A stretch of 64,000 nt of DNA from contig OX597830.1 in the NCBI GenBank assembly GCA_951406725.2, positions 57,908,001 to 57,972,000 on the forward strand, in the 5' to 3' direction. The notes beneath the pieces were generated by a model. The model had not been told where the DNA came from, made no database searches, and saw nothing but the letters and a program-made list of their open reading frames with translations. The stretch is from Octopus vulgaris. Taxonomy: Eukaryota. This document shows, piece after piece, positions 62,275-64,000 of the stretch. Both the position numbers and the translations under genes were made by a program. The first letter of the stretch is position 1; each line of letters starts with the position of its first letter.

Positions 62275-64000
62275 AGGAGGACCATTTTACAGAGAAAACT
62301 GCAAAAATGCAGAAATAATCAAACCCATATCAATTACAATGGTCACCGCACAAGCGAGTTAAGATTTGATTGAAGTAAACAGATTATTATTAGAAACAAT
62401 GAGTCACTGAAGACTGGGTTTTTGGATTCTCTTGTGTCACAGCACTGAGAATGACATTTAATTTTCTACCAATCCTTTTTAACTATTTTTTTTTGTCTTG
62501 TTTCAATCACTGGACTGCAGCCATGCTGGGGGATCATCTTGAAGGGTTGGATTACTTGTGACATTAGTAAAAGTCTGCAGATTGAGTTAGACCCTTCAAG
62601 TGGTTCTCAAACTCAGATCAACTCTGATTCATCAGAGGTATTCTAGCTGTGAACATTTTGTCTTTTTTGTTTCTTCAAACTGGGCAAGTGTCTTCTACTA
62701 TAGCCTCAGGCCAACCAAAGCCTTGTAAGTGGATTTGGTAGATGGAAACTGAAAGAAGCCTCTTGTATATTTGTGTGTGTGTGTGTGTTTTTTCCTCCAA
62801 CATCGTTTGACAACTGATGTTGGTGCGTTTACGTCCCGTGACATAGCGGTTCGGCAAAAGACACCAATAGAATAAGTACTAGGCTTACACAGGATAAGTC
62901 CAGGGGCCGATTTGCTCAACTAAAGGCGGTGCTCCAGCATGGCCACAGTCAAACAACTGAAACAAGTAAAAGAATTGAATAGTTTATCCAATATATCCTT
63001 TTTTGTAAGACAGTGCACCTGTTTAAAGGAGTGGGTGGCTGCTGTTACTACCAGATACCGTGACCTTACTGAGGACTCCTCGTTAGGCTTGTATCATGGT
63101 AACCATTAATTGTGACAAAGAATGCCATTTCTGTACCAATTCATTTATATATCATCATCATCATCATTTAATGTCTATTTTTCTATGCTGGCATGGGTCG
63201 GATGGTTTAGCAGGAGCTGGCAAACTGGAGACTTGCACCAGGCTCCAATTGTCTGTTTTGACATGGTTTCTATGGATGGATACCCTTCCAAATGCCAACC
63301 ACTTTACTGAGTTTATTTGGTGCTTTTTATGTTGTCCCAGCAACCACAAGCTCACATGATAAGGACTTCTTAGTTGATAGGAGAAGTGGGAGGCATAGTT
63401 GGGAATGCCTTTCCTGTATGTAGGGATGGCCATGGTATTACATGTCTGTTTGTCTATGTATGTATGTGTCTGTCAGTCTACTTCTACAACTGTGATGCTG
63501 CATGGCTGGCAATGAAGCAAAGGGTCTGCGTTTTTCTAAACGGAAGTGAACTGATAATGTAATGATGTAGTGCCAGTCGCAAAAGTCGTGTCTGACACAA
63601 GAAGTTCTATTGAAATGTCTAACCTTGTTGTGTCTTTTCATGAATGGTTAGATTAAAAACAAAAATCTTAATATCTAGAATGTGTAATGACACTTTCCCA
63701 GAAAAAATGGTTTACTTTTTAAATAGATATTTTCTTTTAATAAATCAAGGCTGATTCATCTTATCTAGCAGACCAAATGTTATTTCACAGTGACAAAGAA
63801 GTTACGGTGGTGTTTGTGGCCAAGTGGGAGCAAATAGTTTGTCTTGGTGTTTGGCTTGAAATGGTCACATATTTTAAGATCCACTAGAATTGCTGTATGA
63901 AAGTTCGTGGCCAAGTGGTTAGGTGTGTTGTACTCACAATCATAAGTTTGTGGTTTTGATTCCCAGACCAGCTGCATTTTTAGTTCTTGAGCAAAACATT

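Overview
AT-rich, microsatellite- and transposon-dense animal genomic DNA. The SINE and RTE repeat families resemble those of Octopus; this assignment is an inference. The only host gene I can support is the 3' end of a Spire actin-nucleator gene: four + strand coding exons at 3985-10312 (Spir-box and split FYVE-like zinc finger), followed by a repeat-poor stretch that may be a very long 3' UTR ending near 21.9 kb. The rest is layered mobile DNA: RTE LINEs with a PHD-type finger inside the RT region, a CR1-like LINE, a near-intact Penelope-like element (PLE), Naiad-type PLE scraps, Helitron and hAT remnants, MITEs and several tRNA-headed SINE families. Three observations stand out. (1) A tRNA-headed SINE carries a hammerhead ribozyme and a PLE-style inverted terminal copy (56784-57073). 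(2) The PLE terminal repeats carry a hammerhead with a non-canonical CUGUUGA core in two independent copies. (3) An RTE insertion has three consecutive 5' segments that are each individually inverted but remain in the correct order (35814-38889). All calls were made by eye, without database searches, and many repeat boundaries are approximate.
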